A DNA stretch of 60,293 nucleotides from a virus (IMGVR_UViG_3300044796_000664:1-60293); one strand, 5' to 3'; numbered from the stretch's first letter, positions 28,584-38,619 are shown. The notes: generated by a model not told the origin, from the letters alone. Made by a program: numbers and translations.

Positions 28584-28787
28584 CTAGGCGGGCTGATCGG
28601 GCTCGGGCGCGCCCTTCGCCGGTCTGGCGGAGGGCTGGCGAACGGCGTTCGCGGCGGACGGATCGAGTCGGGCGATCAGCTCGGGCAGGGCCGCGATGAC
28701 CTGGTTGTAGGCCTCGGTGGCGCGCGCCAGCGGGCCGCCGGCCAGCCGCTCGCGATGCCAGGTGTTGACGATGTCGGCGATGGACAT
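28584..28787 (-). CDS. Small hypothetical protein
   Basis: GGAG RBS; 67 aa. Confidence 0.6.
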   Translation of the reverse strand: MSIADIVNTWHRERLAGGPLARATEAYNQVIAALPELIARLDPSAANAVRQPSARPAKGAPEPDQPA

Positions 28788-28837
28788 GGTTTGGACTCCT
28801 TCGTTGCGCTACCGCGCTTCGCGCTGCTTGAGCGCGC

Positions 28838-29470
28838 TCAGGGCAGCGTGATCCTGACCGGGATGCGGGCCAGGGCCTGGCCGCCCTGGTCGCCCGGCGA
28901 ATAGTCCGAGCGACCCTCTATCCGGCACCAGTAGGCCAGGCCGCCGAGCGTGAAGCGCGGATCTCCGTAGTCGGTGTCGGGCGCGAACGCGCCCCGGACC
29001 ATTTGGTCCAGACAGGCCAGGGCGGTGTCCGGCGTGGCGTTCGGGTCCTTGCCGGCGTTGGCGTAGATCCAGATCTCGCATTCCAGCGTGCTGCGGATGT
29101 AGAGGCCGTCCGCATCGTCCGAGGTGCCGATGTGGCGCAGGAACATGGCCGGCTGGGCCGCGACCTGAGTCCAGTGCTGGACGCGCCGGCCCGTGGTCTG
29201 AAACCCCGTCGAGAAGGCCGCGCCCGTCGCCGAAGCGGAGAGCGGATCGCTCAGGGTCACGGTCCCGGCGACCGGGTCGAGCGAGGCGATGGTCGCGCCG
29301 CGCGGCACGCCAGGACCGAACGTCGGCAAGCCGGCGAACAGGCCGGCGAAGGCGCTGACGCTGGACAGGATCGCCGAGCCAGACGTCTCGTCGGCGGTGA
29401 AGGTGAGGGTGGCCGCGGCCTCCAGGCGGGCAAAGAGGGCCGCCAGGGCCGGTTCGAAGGCGGTGTTCAT
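28838..29470 (-). CDS. Tail terminator/completion protein
   Basis: QPAMFL...TLGGLAYWCRIEG...IPVRITLP; position. Confidence 0.7.
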   Translation of the reverse strand: MNTAFEPALAALFARLEAAATLTFTADETSGSAILSSVSAFAGLFAGLPTFGPGVPRGATIASLDPVAGTVTLSDPLSASATGAAFSTGFQTTGRRVQHWTQVAAQPAMFLRHIGTSDDADGLYIRSTLECEIWIYANAGKDPNATPDTALACLDQMVRGAFAPDTDYGDPRFTLGGLAYWCRIEGRSDYSPGDQGGQALARIPVRITLP

Positions 29471-29511
29471 CGGCTTCCCCGCGCGCTACCGCGCTTCGCG
29501 CTGCTTGAGCG

Positions 29512-30015
29512 CTAGGCGTTGGCTTCCTTGACGGCCTTGTCGACCACCGCCTTGAGGCGCGAGACGATCTCGGGGGCCATGGCGGCGAGCGGGCCGCGCT
29601 CGAAGGCGTGCTCGGCGATGTCGGGCGTGCGCGAATAGGCGGACACCAGCACGGTCTCGGGCGCGGCCAGGCGTTGCGACCAGACGTGGTCGAGCCGCAT
29701 CGAGTGGGCGCTGACCTTGGTCGGCCGGTGGGCGCCGTACTCCAGGGCGCCGGCCTTGGCGAAGGCGCTCGAGCCCTTGGGGGCGGCGATGTCGACATAG
29801 CCGGTGATCCGGGTCGGATCGGTGAACAGACGCAACCGCTCCTGGCTCCGCAGCCGTCCGGTCTTCACCGGCGTCGCCGCCTCGATCTGGGCGAACAGCT
29901 CGGCCGAGAGCGCATCGACCTCCACGCGGAGTTCCGCATACAGGGCGTCGGGAAATTCCTCGAAGCGCAGCCCGACCTGGCGCGCGCCGGTGACATCGAT
30001 ATGGATCGAATCCAT
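29512..30015 (-). CDS. HK97 gp10-like neck/tail protein
   Basis: TPVKTGRLR, ALEYGA motifs. Confidence 0.75.
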   Translation of the reverse strand: MDSIHIDVTGARQVGLRFEEFPDALYAELRVEVDALSAELFAQIEAATPVKTGRLRSQERLRLFTDPTRITGYVDIAAPKGSSAFAKAGALEYGAHRPTKVSAHSMRLDHVWSQRLAAPETVLVSAYSRTPDIAEHAFERGPLAAMAPEIVSRLKAVVDKAVKEANA

Positions 30016-30123
30016 TTTTCTTGCCCACCGCGCTCCGCGCTGCTTGAGGGCGCCAGGGCTCAAGCAGCGAGCGCCAGCGCGAGCGATAGCGCGAGCGATA
30101 GCCCCAGGAAAACCTGCGCTCGC

Positions 30124-31026
30124 CTAAGCGAGCGTCGGTGTGCGGTAGGCGTCAAGCATGCCCTGGATATCGGGCGGAAACGGCCCCTTCTGGCCAGGGG
30201 CGCCCCCGAACCAGAAGCGCTGCGTGCCGACGCCCGGCGTGTCCTGCTGCACCAGCGCCGGATCCCGGCCCTTGGCCATGTAGCGGGCGGTGATCAGCCG
30301 CAGGCAGGCGTCGACCAGGTCGTCGGGGATATCGACCGAGGCATAGACGAAGGTCAGGATCTGCCCCGCGTCCGCGGCGGCGAACTGGTATTGTCCCACC
30401 GTGGCCGTCAGCGCGTATTGCCCCTGCGTGGGGTTGGCCGCGACCAGGGTCAGTGGCGTTCCGTTGGCGTAGCTCACGCTTTGTGGACAGGAGAAGCTCG
30501 CGGCTCCGGTGACCGTCACCCGGTAGGGCGTGGCGGGCACGGCGTGGCTCTCGGTGACCAGCGCGCCATAGCCGGCGGTGTAGAGCACGGTGACCGGGAT
30601 GGCCTCCCAGGCCGTGCCGACGCCGGTGAACGGGTTGAGCCGCGAGAGCCGGCCGGTAGCCTGGTCGGTGCGGAAGTCGACCCCTTCCACCAGCGTCTGG
30701 GTCGAGCCCACGGCCAGGGTTTGCGTCACGGACACGATGGCCAGCACCGGCCAGCGGCTCAGCTCCAGCTGGGCGAAGCCGCCCGGAGTCTGGTAGGGGA
30801 AGGGGTCCTGCTGGACATCGAAGTCGTCCCGCACGAGTTCCGGCGGAAAGACCCGCTTGGTGTGGTTCGCGATGGCGCTGGAGACCTGGCCGATGGCGCG
30901 GGTGAGCCAGGTGTCGTCGGCGGTCTCCCCGGCGTCGATCGACAGCTCGTCCTTGACGGTCGCCAGGTCGGTCAGGTTGGCGCTGGCGGCGGCCGAGACG
31001 ACCGTGGTGACGACGGCGTAGCCCAT
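30124..31026 (-). CDS. Head-tail connector (gp6-like) with inserted beta domain
   Basis: LTDLATVKDEL...IPDDLVDACLRLI...LDAYR. Confidence 0.8.
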   Translation of the reverse strand: MGYAVVTTVVSAAASANLTDLATVKDELSIDAGETADDTWLTRAIGQVSSAIANHTKRVFPPELVRDDFDVQQDPFPYQTPGGFAQLELSRWPVLAIVSVTQTLAVGSTQTLVEGVDFRTDQATGRLSRLNPFTGVGTAWEAIPVTVLYTAGYGALVTESHAVPATPYRVTVTGAASFSCPQSVSYANGTPLTLVAANPTQGQYALTATVGQYQFAAADAGQILTFVYASVDIPDDLVDACLRLITARYMAKGRDPALVQQDTPGVGTQRFWFGGAPGQKGPFPPDIQGMLDAYRTPTLA

Positions 31027-31115
31027 GAGCACTCTTCCCTTGCGCTAACGCTCGCGCGCGCTCGCTGCTTGAGCGCAGTCGCTATCGGGCTGACGCCCGG
31101 CTTGAGCGCGGGTCG

Positions 31116-31340
31116 CTAGCGAGCGATGCGCTGATCGAACAGGGCGGCTGAGCCTGGGCGGGCGGGTTTCGGGGTCGGCCGCTTCGGCAGCACAGCGCCG
31201 GGCGCGGAGACGGTCGGCCAGGTCTCGCTGGCGGAGATCGCACCGTCCTTGGAGAGGCGGGCCGCGACGTCGTCGGACACCAGGCGCGTGTCGCCAATGC
31301 CGTGCGGCGCCATCGCGCGGGCGAAGGTGACGAGTCTCAT
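31116..31340 (-). CDS. Small head-module protein
   Basis: Coupled ORF, 74 aa. Confidence 0.6.
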   Translation of the reverse strand: MRLVTFARAMAPHGIGDTRLVSDDVAARLSKDGAISASETWPTVSAPGAVLPKRPTPKPARPGSAALFDQRIAR

Positions 31341-31630
31341 GACTTCCGCGCCCGGGCTTTGGAGGACTTGGCCTTGGCCGGCGCGGCCGTGGCCTCGGCG
31401 GCCGGCGCTTCCGCCGGGGCCGCCGCGCCTTCCGACTGAACCTGGTCCGCAACGGCGGCGGCCGGCGCCGGCGGCGCGTGGATCAGGTGATCGCGCGCGC
31501 TCAGCAGTTCGGCCTGCAGCTGGTTGGCCGCGCCGTGCAGGTGGACGGCGCCGACAGGGACGCCATCCTGCGTCGCCATCGCGCCCGCGCGCTCGAGCAG
31601 CAGTGTCTTGATCGTGGTCATCTCAATCAT
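31337..31630 (-). CDS. Small Ala-rich protein
   Basis: GGAGG RBS; 97 aa. Confidence 0.55.
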   Translation of the reverse strand: MIEMTTIKTLLLERAGAMATQDGVPVGAVHLHGAANQLQAELLSARDHLIHAPPAPAAAVADQVQSEGAAAPAEAPAAEATAAPAKAKSSKARARKS

Positions 31631-31688
31631 CCTCCGCGCTCAAGCAGGGCGTCAGCCCGGTAGCGCATGCAAAAATGGAAACGAGCCG

Positions 31689-32492
31689 TCAGGCGAGCGT
31701 CGGGATCAGCGTTTCATCGACCGAGCCGGTGTAGTTGAACGCGCCGACATGGCCGAGGCGGATGGTGGGGTCGGCCCAGACGCGCTCGCCGAGCTGCCGC
31801 CAGCGATGGCAGAAGCCATAGTCCTCGCTGAGTTCGCCGAACTCATCGCCCTCGGTCTGGGTGAAGAACTCGAAATAGCCCGCGCGCACCTCGGGCGGCC
31901 AGTCGGCGTTTCCGGCACGCTTCCACTCCGGATGGGCCTCGGCCAGACGCAAGAACACCTGGCGGCTGATCAGCATGAAGGCCGCGCCGAACCCGCGCAC
32001 TTCGACCGCACCCATCTCATCGCGGATCGGGGCGCCGGCAGCGTCGCGCAACGGGCGCCAGCACCACACGGACGGATCGGTGTTCGGCTTCGAATTGCGC
32101 TGGCGGCCGACGCCGCCGATCAGCGGCTTGTCGGAGCCCAGCAGCCGCATGACGGACAACGGGCTGAACTGCATATCGTCGTCGATGAACAGCAGGTCGG
32201 TGAAGCTGGACGCCAGAAAGTGCGCCACCAGCTCGTTGCGGGCCCGGTGCACGATCGCGGAGCCGACCACGAAATGGAAACTCACCCCGATGCCCTGCTC
32301 GTTCAGGAAGAGCAGGGTCGCGGCGAGGCTGGCGGTGTATTCCCATGCCGGATTGCGGGCGATGGGCGTGCAGATCATCACCGAGCGCCGGCGCGCGCGC
32401 GCCAGGCGCTGGTTGACGGCCGGATCGGCGGACGCCTGAATTCTCGACGCGAGTTGGCCCGGACGGCCGCCGCGCCGGTGGCGAGATTTCAT
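31689..32492 (-). CDS. GT-A fold glycosyltransferase-like protein
   Basis: VMICTP, RARNELV, LLFIDDDM (DxD), GAAFMLISR, SEDYGFC, LGHVG. Confidence 0.8.
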   Translation of the reverse strand: MKSRHRRGGRPGQLASRIQASADPAVNQRLARARRRSVMICTPIARNPAWEYTASLAATLLFLNEQGIGVSFHFVVGSAIVHRARNELVAHFLASSFTDLLFIDDDMQFSPLSVMRLLGSDKPLIGGVGRQRNSKPNTDPSVWCWRPLRDAAGAPIRDEMGAVEVRGFGAAFMLISRQVFLRLAEAHPEWKRAGNADWPPEVRAGYFEFFTQTEGDEFGELSEDYGFCHRWRQLGERVWADPTIRLGHVGAFNYTGSVDETLIPTLA

Positions 32493-32500
32493 GGTTCTTC

Positions 32501-33280
32501 CTACAGGGCGGGCAGAACGCCGCCGCGGTTGAAGTGCTCGACGTATTCCAGCATCGCCCGGGCTTCGCCTTCCGCGCCGTCGAGCGTGTTGAGGCGGCCG
32601 ATGGCGGCGTTGAGCTGGTCCTGGGCCTTCCTGCGCTCGGCCGCGTAGTGGGCGAGGCGCTTGCGCAGCACCTCGGGGGTCAGGCCGACGGCGCGCTGCA
32701 GGCCTCCATCGCCGGGCGCCAGGCCATAGACGAAGTTGGCGCGGCAGAGGGTCGACTGCTCGGGGATCTCGACGATGAGGCCCCGGCCGCGGGCGAGCCC
32801 GATCAGGTATTCGCAGGCGGGCCGCTGGTAGGCGTATTCATCCTCCAGCGCCATATCGACGCCGTAGATGGCCACCACGTCACCCGGCTGCAGCTCGACG
32901 ATGGCGAGCGCCAGCATGTAGGCGATCGAGGAGGTCCAGAAGTCCGCCGAACCGCCGCGCGCGAGATCCTCGCGCACCAGATCGGCCGGATAGACGAGCG
33001 CGGTTGGAATGTCGGGGTGAGGCGCCCGCAGATAGACGGAAACGCCGCTGGCCGCGAGGCCGGAATAGTAATCGTCGTCGTGCTGCTGGGCCCAATGCGT
33101 CGCATCGTGGATGTCGAACAGCCGGTCGGCGCGTGGATAGCGCCGCCAGGCCAGGCCCCAGATCTCCCAGGACGGATCATCGAACGGGGCGAGGTCGCGC
33201 GTCGACTCGGCGCTGCCGACCAAAGCAACCCGCCGCTCGCCCTGGGATGCGGCGAGCGGCTTTGCAGCGTCTGACGACAC
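32501..33280 (-). CDS. Putative glycosyltransferase/nucleotide-sugar-binding protein
   Basis: VALVGSA...WEIWGL...FWTSSIAYMLALA...IYGVDM. Confidence 0.55.
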   Translation of the reverse strand: MSSDAAKPLAASQGERRVALVGSAESTRDLAPFDDPSWEIWGLAWRRYPRADRLFDIHDATHWAQQHDDDYYSGLAASGVSVYLRAPHPDIPTALVYPADLVREDLARGGSADFWTSSIAYMLALAIVELQPGDVVAIYGVDMALEDEYAYQRPACEYLIGLARGRGLIVEIPEQSTLCRANFVYGLAPGDGGLQRAVGLTPEVLRKRLAHYAAERRKAQDQLNAAIGRLNTLDGAEGEARAMLEYVEHFNRGGVLPAL

Positions 33281-33285
33281 TGGGC

Positions 33286-33756
33286 TTAGCTGTTCCGGTC
33301 GGAGCCGGAGAGCGCGGCCACACCGGCGACGGCCAGGGTGTCGGTCGCGGTGGCCGAGAGGATCGGCTGCAGGTCGAAGCGCACATAGCCTCGCGCGTCG
33401 GCCAGGTCGACGGCGAGCGCCAGAGCGCCGCGCAGGGTCTGGGCGGCGGTGGCGCCGGTCGAGCCGATCACCGTCGAGACCTCAGACGGGCCATAGGCCG
33501 CCCAGCTCGAGCTGTCGGCGCTGTCCTCGACCTTCATCTTGATGGTCGCCTTCTTGTGGGCGGCCAGCGTGGCCTTGTAGGGCACGATGAAGTCGGCCGA
33601 GAGGTAGTTCGCCGGCAGCAAGGACGAGCGGGTGATCGTGTTGCCGGTCTTGTAGGCGTAGTTCGAAGTGGCGCCGGCGGTGACCACGACCGGATCGACC
33701 GCGTCGATCGCCTTGATGTAGCTCGCGGCGTTGTGCTGCAGAACGATGTCAGCCAT
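33286..33756 (-). CDS. Capsid decoration-like protein
   Basis: beta-rich, directly after the major capsid gene. Confidence 0.65.
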   Translation of the reverse strand: MADIVLQHNAASYIKAIDAVDPVVVTAGATSNYAYKTGNTITRSSLLPANYLSADFIVPYKATLAAHKKATIKMKVEDSADSSSWAAYGPSEVSTVIGSTGATAAQTLRGALALAVDLADARGYVRFDLQPILSATATDTLAVAGVAALSGSDRNS

Positions 33757-33875
33757 CGCTTTTCCTTTCATTTTCGCGTGCGCCAACGCCCTAAGGGCTG
33801 CTTGAGCACAGGCAGAAGAGGGGTGGAAGGCGCGGCGGAGCGCTTGGCCCCGCCGCGTTCAGACGCAGATCCCGG

Positions 33876-35270
33876 TTAGGAGATCGCCGGCGCCCAGCGC
33901 ACGTACTGGATCGCCGCGACGGCCGCATCGTGGCGAAGCTGGTGGTCGTGCTCGGCGATGGCCCGGATGATGGTCTGGTCGTTCTGGAACGCCGAGACCG
34001 TCGCGCCAGTGGAATCGACGTAGCTGCCCTCGCGGGAGACCGCCAGCTCCAGGCTCATGGAGTCGAGGATCATGTCCTCGGACATCTCGACCAGGAACAC
34101 GAACGAGCAGTCCTTGTTCGTGCCGTTGGCGTCATAGTAGTTGGCGCCGATCTGGGTGGTCTTCTTGAAGGGGTAGCCGAGCAGCGTGCCCTTGTTCAGC
34201 TCATCGCGGTAGACGTAGACGCCCAGCGAGTTCTGCACGTTGTAGAGGTAGTTGTAGGAGCGCGGGTGCATGAACCAGCAGCGCTTGATGTCCGGCACGT
34301 TGGCGGTGTCGAGCTTGTTCACCGCGCCGCCCAGTTCGGCCGCAGCCGTCGCCAGAGTGTAACTCTCGGTCGAGGTGATGAAGTTGCCCCCGGAGGCCGC
34401 GGTCGAGTTGGCCCCGGTGTTCCAGATGCCCGCCGTGCCGCCGCCGGAGACGGCGTAGCCGTTGGCGAAGGACAGGAAGCCGCGGGGAGTGTCCTGGGTG
34501 CCGTCGCCGAGGATGAAGGCGAGATCCTCGCGCAGCGCGATCACCTTGACCAGGTCGTCGCGGACGAAGGCGTCCACGGCCGGATCGGCATAGCGCATCA
34601 TGTCGTTGGACACCGGCACCAGGGCGGTCAGCTTCTTGAAGCTGGCGACGATCTGGTTCAGCGTCTGGCCCGTCTGGGTGATGGCCTTGGTCTCGCCGCC
34701 GTAGCTGGCGGTCGCGGCCGAGGCCTGGCCGGGCAGGGTCATGGTGCCGCGCGGCATCGGGATCACCCGGGGACCGGCGCCGCGGACGACGGCCAGCGGG
34801 CGCAACAGTTCGATGATCTCGGCCATGTAGTCGGGCGGCACGATGAAGCCGCCGGCGGCGCCGGTCGAGGTGATCAGGGCGCGGGTGACGGGGTGGTTCT
34901 CGCCGTAGAGCACGGCCGATTCCTCGCGCGCGAGCCGCACGTTGCCGCTGCCTCGGCCGAGCATCTTCATCGCCGCGCCGACCACCAGGCCCTTCTCGTA
35001 GACGGCGCTGGCCCGGTCGTAGGGATCGGACTTCACCGTGGGCTCGACCCGCGGCTCCTGACCGGCGACCGGCTGGGCGGAGGCGGCCGAGAGGGCCCGG
35101 GCTTCGTGCGCGCGGGTGATCTGGCTGTCCAGATCCTCGAGGGCGCGCTTCTGGGCGGCGTAGTCGGTCTGCTCTTCGGGGGTGAGGGTCGGCTTCTCGG
35201 CGAGCGCCTTGAACGTGTCAAAGGCGGCCGCCCGCTTCTTCACCAATTCGGTGATCATAGTGGGCTCCAT
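33876..35270 (-). CDS. Major capsid protein (HK97 fold)
   Basis: GGFIVP, KKLTALVPVSN, EDLAFILGDG, AFQNDQTIIRAI. Confidence 0.93.
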   Translation of the reverse strand: MEPTMITELVKKRAAAFDTFKALAEKPTLTPEEQTDYAAQKRALEDLDSQITRAHEARALSAASAQPVAGQEPRVEPTVKSDPYDRASAVYEKGLVVGAAMKMLGRGSGNVRLAREESAVLYGENHPVTRALITSTGAAGGFIVPPDYMAEIIELLRPLAVVRGAGPRVIPMPRGTMTLPGQASAATASYGGETKAITQTGQTLNQIVASFKKLTALVPVSNDMMRYADPAVDAFVRDDLVKVIALREDLAFILGDGTQDTPRGFLSFANGYAVSGGGTAGIWNTGANSTAASGGNFITSTESYTLATAAAELGGAVNKLDTANVPDIKRCWFMHPRSYNYLYNVQNSLGVYVYRDELNKGTLLGYPFKKTTQIGANYYDANGTNKDCSFVFLVEMSEDMILDSMSLELAVSREGSYVDSTGATVSAFQNDQTIIRAIAEHDHQLRHDAAVAAIQYVRWAPAIS

Positions 35271-35393
35271 CTGAGGGAGGGGCGCGCCTCGCGGCGGGCC
35301 GGCAGCCGTTGCCCAGGCGGCGGTTCGGGCGATTCGCCATCCCCGCCTTCGCGGGGACGAGCGGATGGGGTGATTAGGTGGACCGCGCGGTCG

Positions 35394-36578
35394 CTAGTTC
35401 AGGCCGGGGCTGGTGAGGGCCAGGGCGTCGATCTGACGCTGACGCCACTCCTGGCTCATGCGGCCATTGGTCGAGCCTGCACTGACATCGGTCCCGTCCG
35501 AGGTCTGGACGGTCTGGTCGGCGGCGTCCTCGGCATCGGCGACGCCGGCGCGGTCCATCAGGTCGGTAACCGCGGCGACGCCCTCGCGGTGCTTGCGCAT
35601 GGCCGAGCGGTACAGGACCAGTGCGTCCTCATGGGCCGTCAGGGCGTCGCGCAGGCAGCGGACGGTCTCGTCCGACAGGGTCTTGCCGGCGCGCAGCTTG
35701 GCGTGCGCCAGGCCGCGGCGGAAGGCGCGGACGCCGTGCGTCGTGGCGGCGCTGATGTGGGCCCGCTCCTCGACCACCAGGATGTCATCGGCCGGATCCT
35801 CGTCCGGCTCCACGTCGCGGCCGGCCAGGGCTTCGGCGATCTCCTCGGCGGTCATGGCCAGCAGGGCGTCGCCGAGATCGGTCAGCGCCGCCGCCAGCAT
35901 GGCCGGGACCGTGCTCGCATCGCCCTCGATGGCGGCTTCCCACTTGGCCATGTCGACGTGGTAGCCGAGCTCCTCGAAGAGATAGCAGAGCTGGGCGACC
36001 TGATAGAGGCCGCGCTGGAAGGTGACCTTGCCGGCGCGAACGGCGTTCGCGACGGGCGCGGACGCCAAGGCGCGGGTTTGCGGGGCCGCAGTCATATCCG
36101 TCATCGCTTCATCTCCATTGGCTCGGGCCGTCACCACGGCGCCGGGATCGGCCGGCACGCTGACGAACGAAAGCTCCAGCAGCTCCCAGCTGCTGATCCG
36201 CTGGCCGCCGCGCGGCTTCTTGGGATCCAGCGGCTCCATCTCGATCGGATCGAAGCCGACCGACACGGCCCGGATCACGCCGGCCTTGGTCAGCCCGCGG
36301 ATCTCGTCGGCCTTGTGCGAGATGCCCGTCGGGGCGAAGCGCACGCGGGCGGTGATCTGATCAGCCGCGACGGACGTGTTCTCGGCGTTGCCGACCGGGT
36401 GATCGGGGTCATGCGACCACAGGACGATCGGGTTGGCGCGATAGTTGTCGAGCCGGCAGCCTTGCGGCAGCAGCACATGGCCGTCGCGCGCCAGGGCGGC
36501 CGTCGACATCACCACCTCGACCTCATCGTCGCCGAGCGCGGTGATCTGGGCGCGGATCAGCTTGCGGAGCATGGTCAT
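35394..36578 (-). CDS. HK97-family prohead protease with C-terminal extension
   Basis: NPIVLWSH, AVSVGF, LLELSFVSVPADPGA. Confidence 0.9.
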   Translation of the reverse strand: MTMLRKLIRAQITALGDDEVEVVMSTAALARDGHVLLPQGCRLDNYRANPIVLWSHDPDHPVGNAENTSVAADQITARVRFAPTGISHKADEIRGLTKAGVIRAVSVGFDPIEMEPLDPKKPRGGQRISSWELLELSFVSVPADPGAVVTARANGDEAMTDMTAAPQTRALASAPVANAVRAGKVTFQRGLYQVAQLCYLFEELGYHVDMAKWEAAIEGDASTVPAMLAAALTDLGDALLAMTAEEIAEALAGRDVEPDEDPADDILVVEERAHISAATTHGVRAFRRGLAHAKLRAGKTLSDETVRCLRDALTAHEDALVLYRSAMRKHREGVAAVTDLMDRAGVADAEDAADQTVQTSDGTDVSAGSTNGRMSQEWRQRQIDALALTSPGLN

Positions 36579-36588
36579 CGGCGAGGCC

Positions 36589-36825
36589 TCAGGCGTTCAG
36601 CCGGGCCGCGACGATGTCGAGGTCCATCGGCTCGTTGACGATCAGGAAGCGATCACGCACCGCGACCGGCAGGGATGACGCGAGACGATCGCGCAGGCCC
36701 TCGCAGGCCTGCAGACTCCATTCGCCTTGCTTGGGGCGCACGATCAGCACCTCGCCCGGCTTCAGCTCGAGGCGCGTGATCTCGGCGCAGATCGCGGAGG
36801 CTTGGGCGGCGGTCATGGTTGCCAA
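36589..36825 (-). CDS. Small hypothetical protein
   Basis: 78-aa ORF in the late operon. Confidence 0.55.
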   Translation of the reverse strand: MATMTAAQASAICAEITRLELKPGEVLIVRPKQGEWSLQACEGLRDRLASSLPVAVRDRFLIVNEPMDLDIVAARLNA

Positions 36826-36829
36826 TCCC

Positions 36830-37093
36830 TCAGCCGCGACGCGCTAAGTTTCGCACCCAATCGGCGTCTGGTTCGAAGGTCATCGTCTGGAAGCGCTGGC
36901 CGGCTCTATTGCTCTGCACCGTGACGACGGCATGAACTTCCACCGGCATGACAGGCACGTCCTGACCACGAATCTCGAACACGATCTCCCGCCGGGCCCA
37001 GTCAGTGCGCGCGCCGACAATGTGAACTGGATTGGGCGCAAACCCGAAGACGAGGTCTTCGACGATCTCTATGGACATGCGGACATCGGCCAT
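36830..37093 (-). CDS. Small hypothetical protein
   Basis: MADVRMSIEIVEDL...; GGGAG RBS. Confidence 0.55.
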   Translation of the reverse strand: MADVRMSIEIVEDLVFGFAPNPVHIVGARTDWARREIVFEIRGQDVPVMPVEVHAVVTVQSNRAGQRFQTMTFEPDADWVRNLARRG

Positions 37094-37104
37094 TCTCGGC
37101 TCCC

Positions 37105-38451
37105 TCAGTTCTGCGGCGGCGCGTCGGCTTCGGCGGCGACCTGGTCGGTCCCCTGCGTGCCGCCCGTGCCCGCGCCCCCGCTGCCCACCGTCCCGCCAGC
37201 CGGCCGGCCGGCGCCGTCCGGCGCCTGCCCCGACACATTCGAGCCCTCGGCGGCCATGTTGGTCGGCATCATCAGGCGGTCGCCGCCGGGCAGCGGCGCC
37301 AGGCCATCGGCGCGGCGCTCCTCGTTCTGGGTCGTCTTGCCGGACAGGATGTTGAGCCGCGAGACGTTGGCCCGCGTCATCACGTCGGCGCGCAGCAGCT
37401 GGCTGAGGTCGCGCTTGAGGAAGAGGTCCTCGGCATCGAGGCCGAAGGTCCAGGCGAAGCGCTGCTCGAAGGCGACGGCGCGCTGGGTGATGGCGGAATT
37501 GACGTAATCCTGGTCCTGGGCCGCCAGGTTCTGGGTCGAGCCGCGCGTGTCGGACCCGAGGCCGATCTTGTGCGGCGGCACGCCGAAGAAGCGGCAGACC
37601 TCTTCCGGCTGCATCTTGCGCTGCTCGATGAACTGCAGGTCGACCGAGGTCAGTTGCAGGGCGACGGGCTCGACGCCATCCTCGAGCACCACGGTCTTGC
37701 CGGTGTTCTGATAGCCGGAATGCAGGTCGTCGAACTGGCTCTTCAGCCGCTTGGCGGCGACGTCGGTGAGCTGCTTGGCGGTCTTCAGCCAGGTCGACGG
37801 GCGGGCGCCGTTGGCGATCCACCGCGAGGCCTGCTGGCTCAGCGCCATGTCGAGGCCGATGGTGTCCCGCGCCAGGCCGATGTTGGAGACGCCGACCAGC
37901 GAGTTGAAGGTCAGGTCGCGCAGGTGGAACATATCCTCGGAGGCGATCGCCGTCGGGAAGTCCCGCAGCACGGCGATCTGCCAGAGACCGATCCGGTTGA
38001 CGTTGTAGAAGATCGAGCCGTCCCCGGCCTCGAGCACCATCACGGCGTCGGGATTGATCGGGATCAGCTCGATCGGGTTCCCGCGGTTGTCGCGACGGAT
38101 GGCGGCGTAGGCGTTGCCGCGCAGCAGGTAGCCGATCCACATCTGGCGGTCGAATTCGAACCAGGTCTGCTGGCGGTTCGGCCGCTTGAACAGGTCGTTG
38201 AGCGGATGGTTCCCGTCCCGCTCTTCGCTGCCGTCATCCGCCACGGCGTAAAGGTATGGCGAGCAGCGGGCCAGGTCCGTCGCCAGCCGGTTGACGCAGG
38301 CGTAGACGGCCGCGACCGACATCGCGGTGGCCTGGCTGATCAGCGCGCCGGACGCCGAGGCGATCGAGCCCAGCGGCGGGATCATGCCATAGGAGGGCGC
38401 GCCCGCGCTGGCGCGCTGCGCCGGGGCGGCGATGCGGCTGAGCAGGCCCAT
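37105..38451 (-). CDS. HK97-family portal protein
   Basis: AVYACV, LLRGNAY, MFHLR, EEVCRFFGVPPHKIG, TQNEERR. Confidence 0.93.
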   Translation of the reverse strand: MGLLSRIAAPAQRASAGAPSYGMIPPLGSIASASGALISQATAMSVAAVYACVNRLATDLARCSPYLYAVADDGSEERDGNHPLNDLFKRPNRQQTWFEFDRQMWIGYLLRGNAYAAIRRDNRGNPIELIPINPDAVMVLEAGDGSIFYNVNRIGLWQIAVLRDFPTAIASEDMFHLRDLTFNSLVGVSNIGLARDTIGLDMALSQQASRWIANGARPSTWLKTAKQLTDVAAKRLKSQFDDLHSGYQNTGKTVVLEDGVEPVALQLTSVDLQFIEQRKMQPEEVCRFFGVPPHKIGLGSDTRGSTQNLAAQDQDYVNSAITQRAVAFEQRFAWTFGLDAEDLFLKRDLSQLLRADVMTRANVSRLNILSGKTTQNEERRADGLAPLPGGDRLMMPTNMAAEGSNVSGQAPDGAGRPAGGTVGSGGAGTGGTQGTDQVAAEADAPPQN

Positions 38452-38609
38452 CAGTCGGCCTTCCGCGCGGCCAGCCAGGCGCCGGCAAGCAGGAATCCGC
38501 CGGCGACGATGAAGGCCGCCGGCCGGTTGATCAGCCAGACGCCGTAGGTGATCAGCCCCGCGCCGACGAGCGCCGCGGCGTCAGTGACGAGTTCGCCGAG
38601 CCTTCCCAT
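38451..38609 (-). CDS. Small 2-TM protein
   Basis: Typical small membrane gene between TerL and portal. Confidence 0.65.
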   Translation of the reverse strand: MGRLGELVTDAAALVGAGLITYGVWLINRPAAFIVAGGFLLAGAWLAARKAD

Positions 38610-38619
38610 GCGGCCTCCG

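Noticed and set aside
33930-36638. 902-aa plus-strand ORF and similar long antisense ORFs (1156-3393, 22235-23893, 38548-40566, 54036-56150)
   Set aside because: Shadow frames of well-supported genes in high-GC DNA; no motifs
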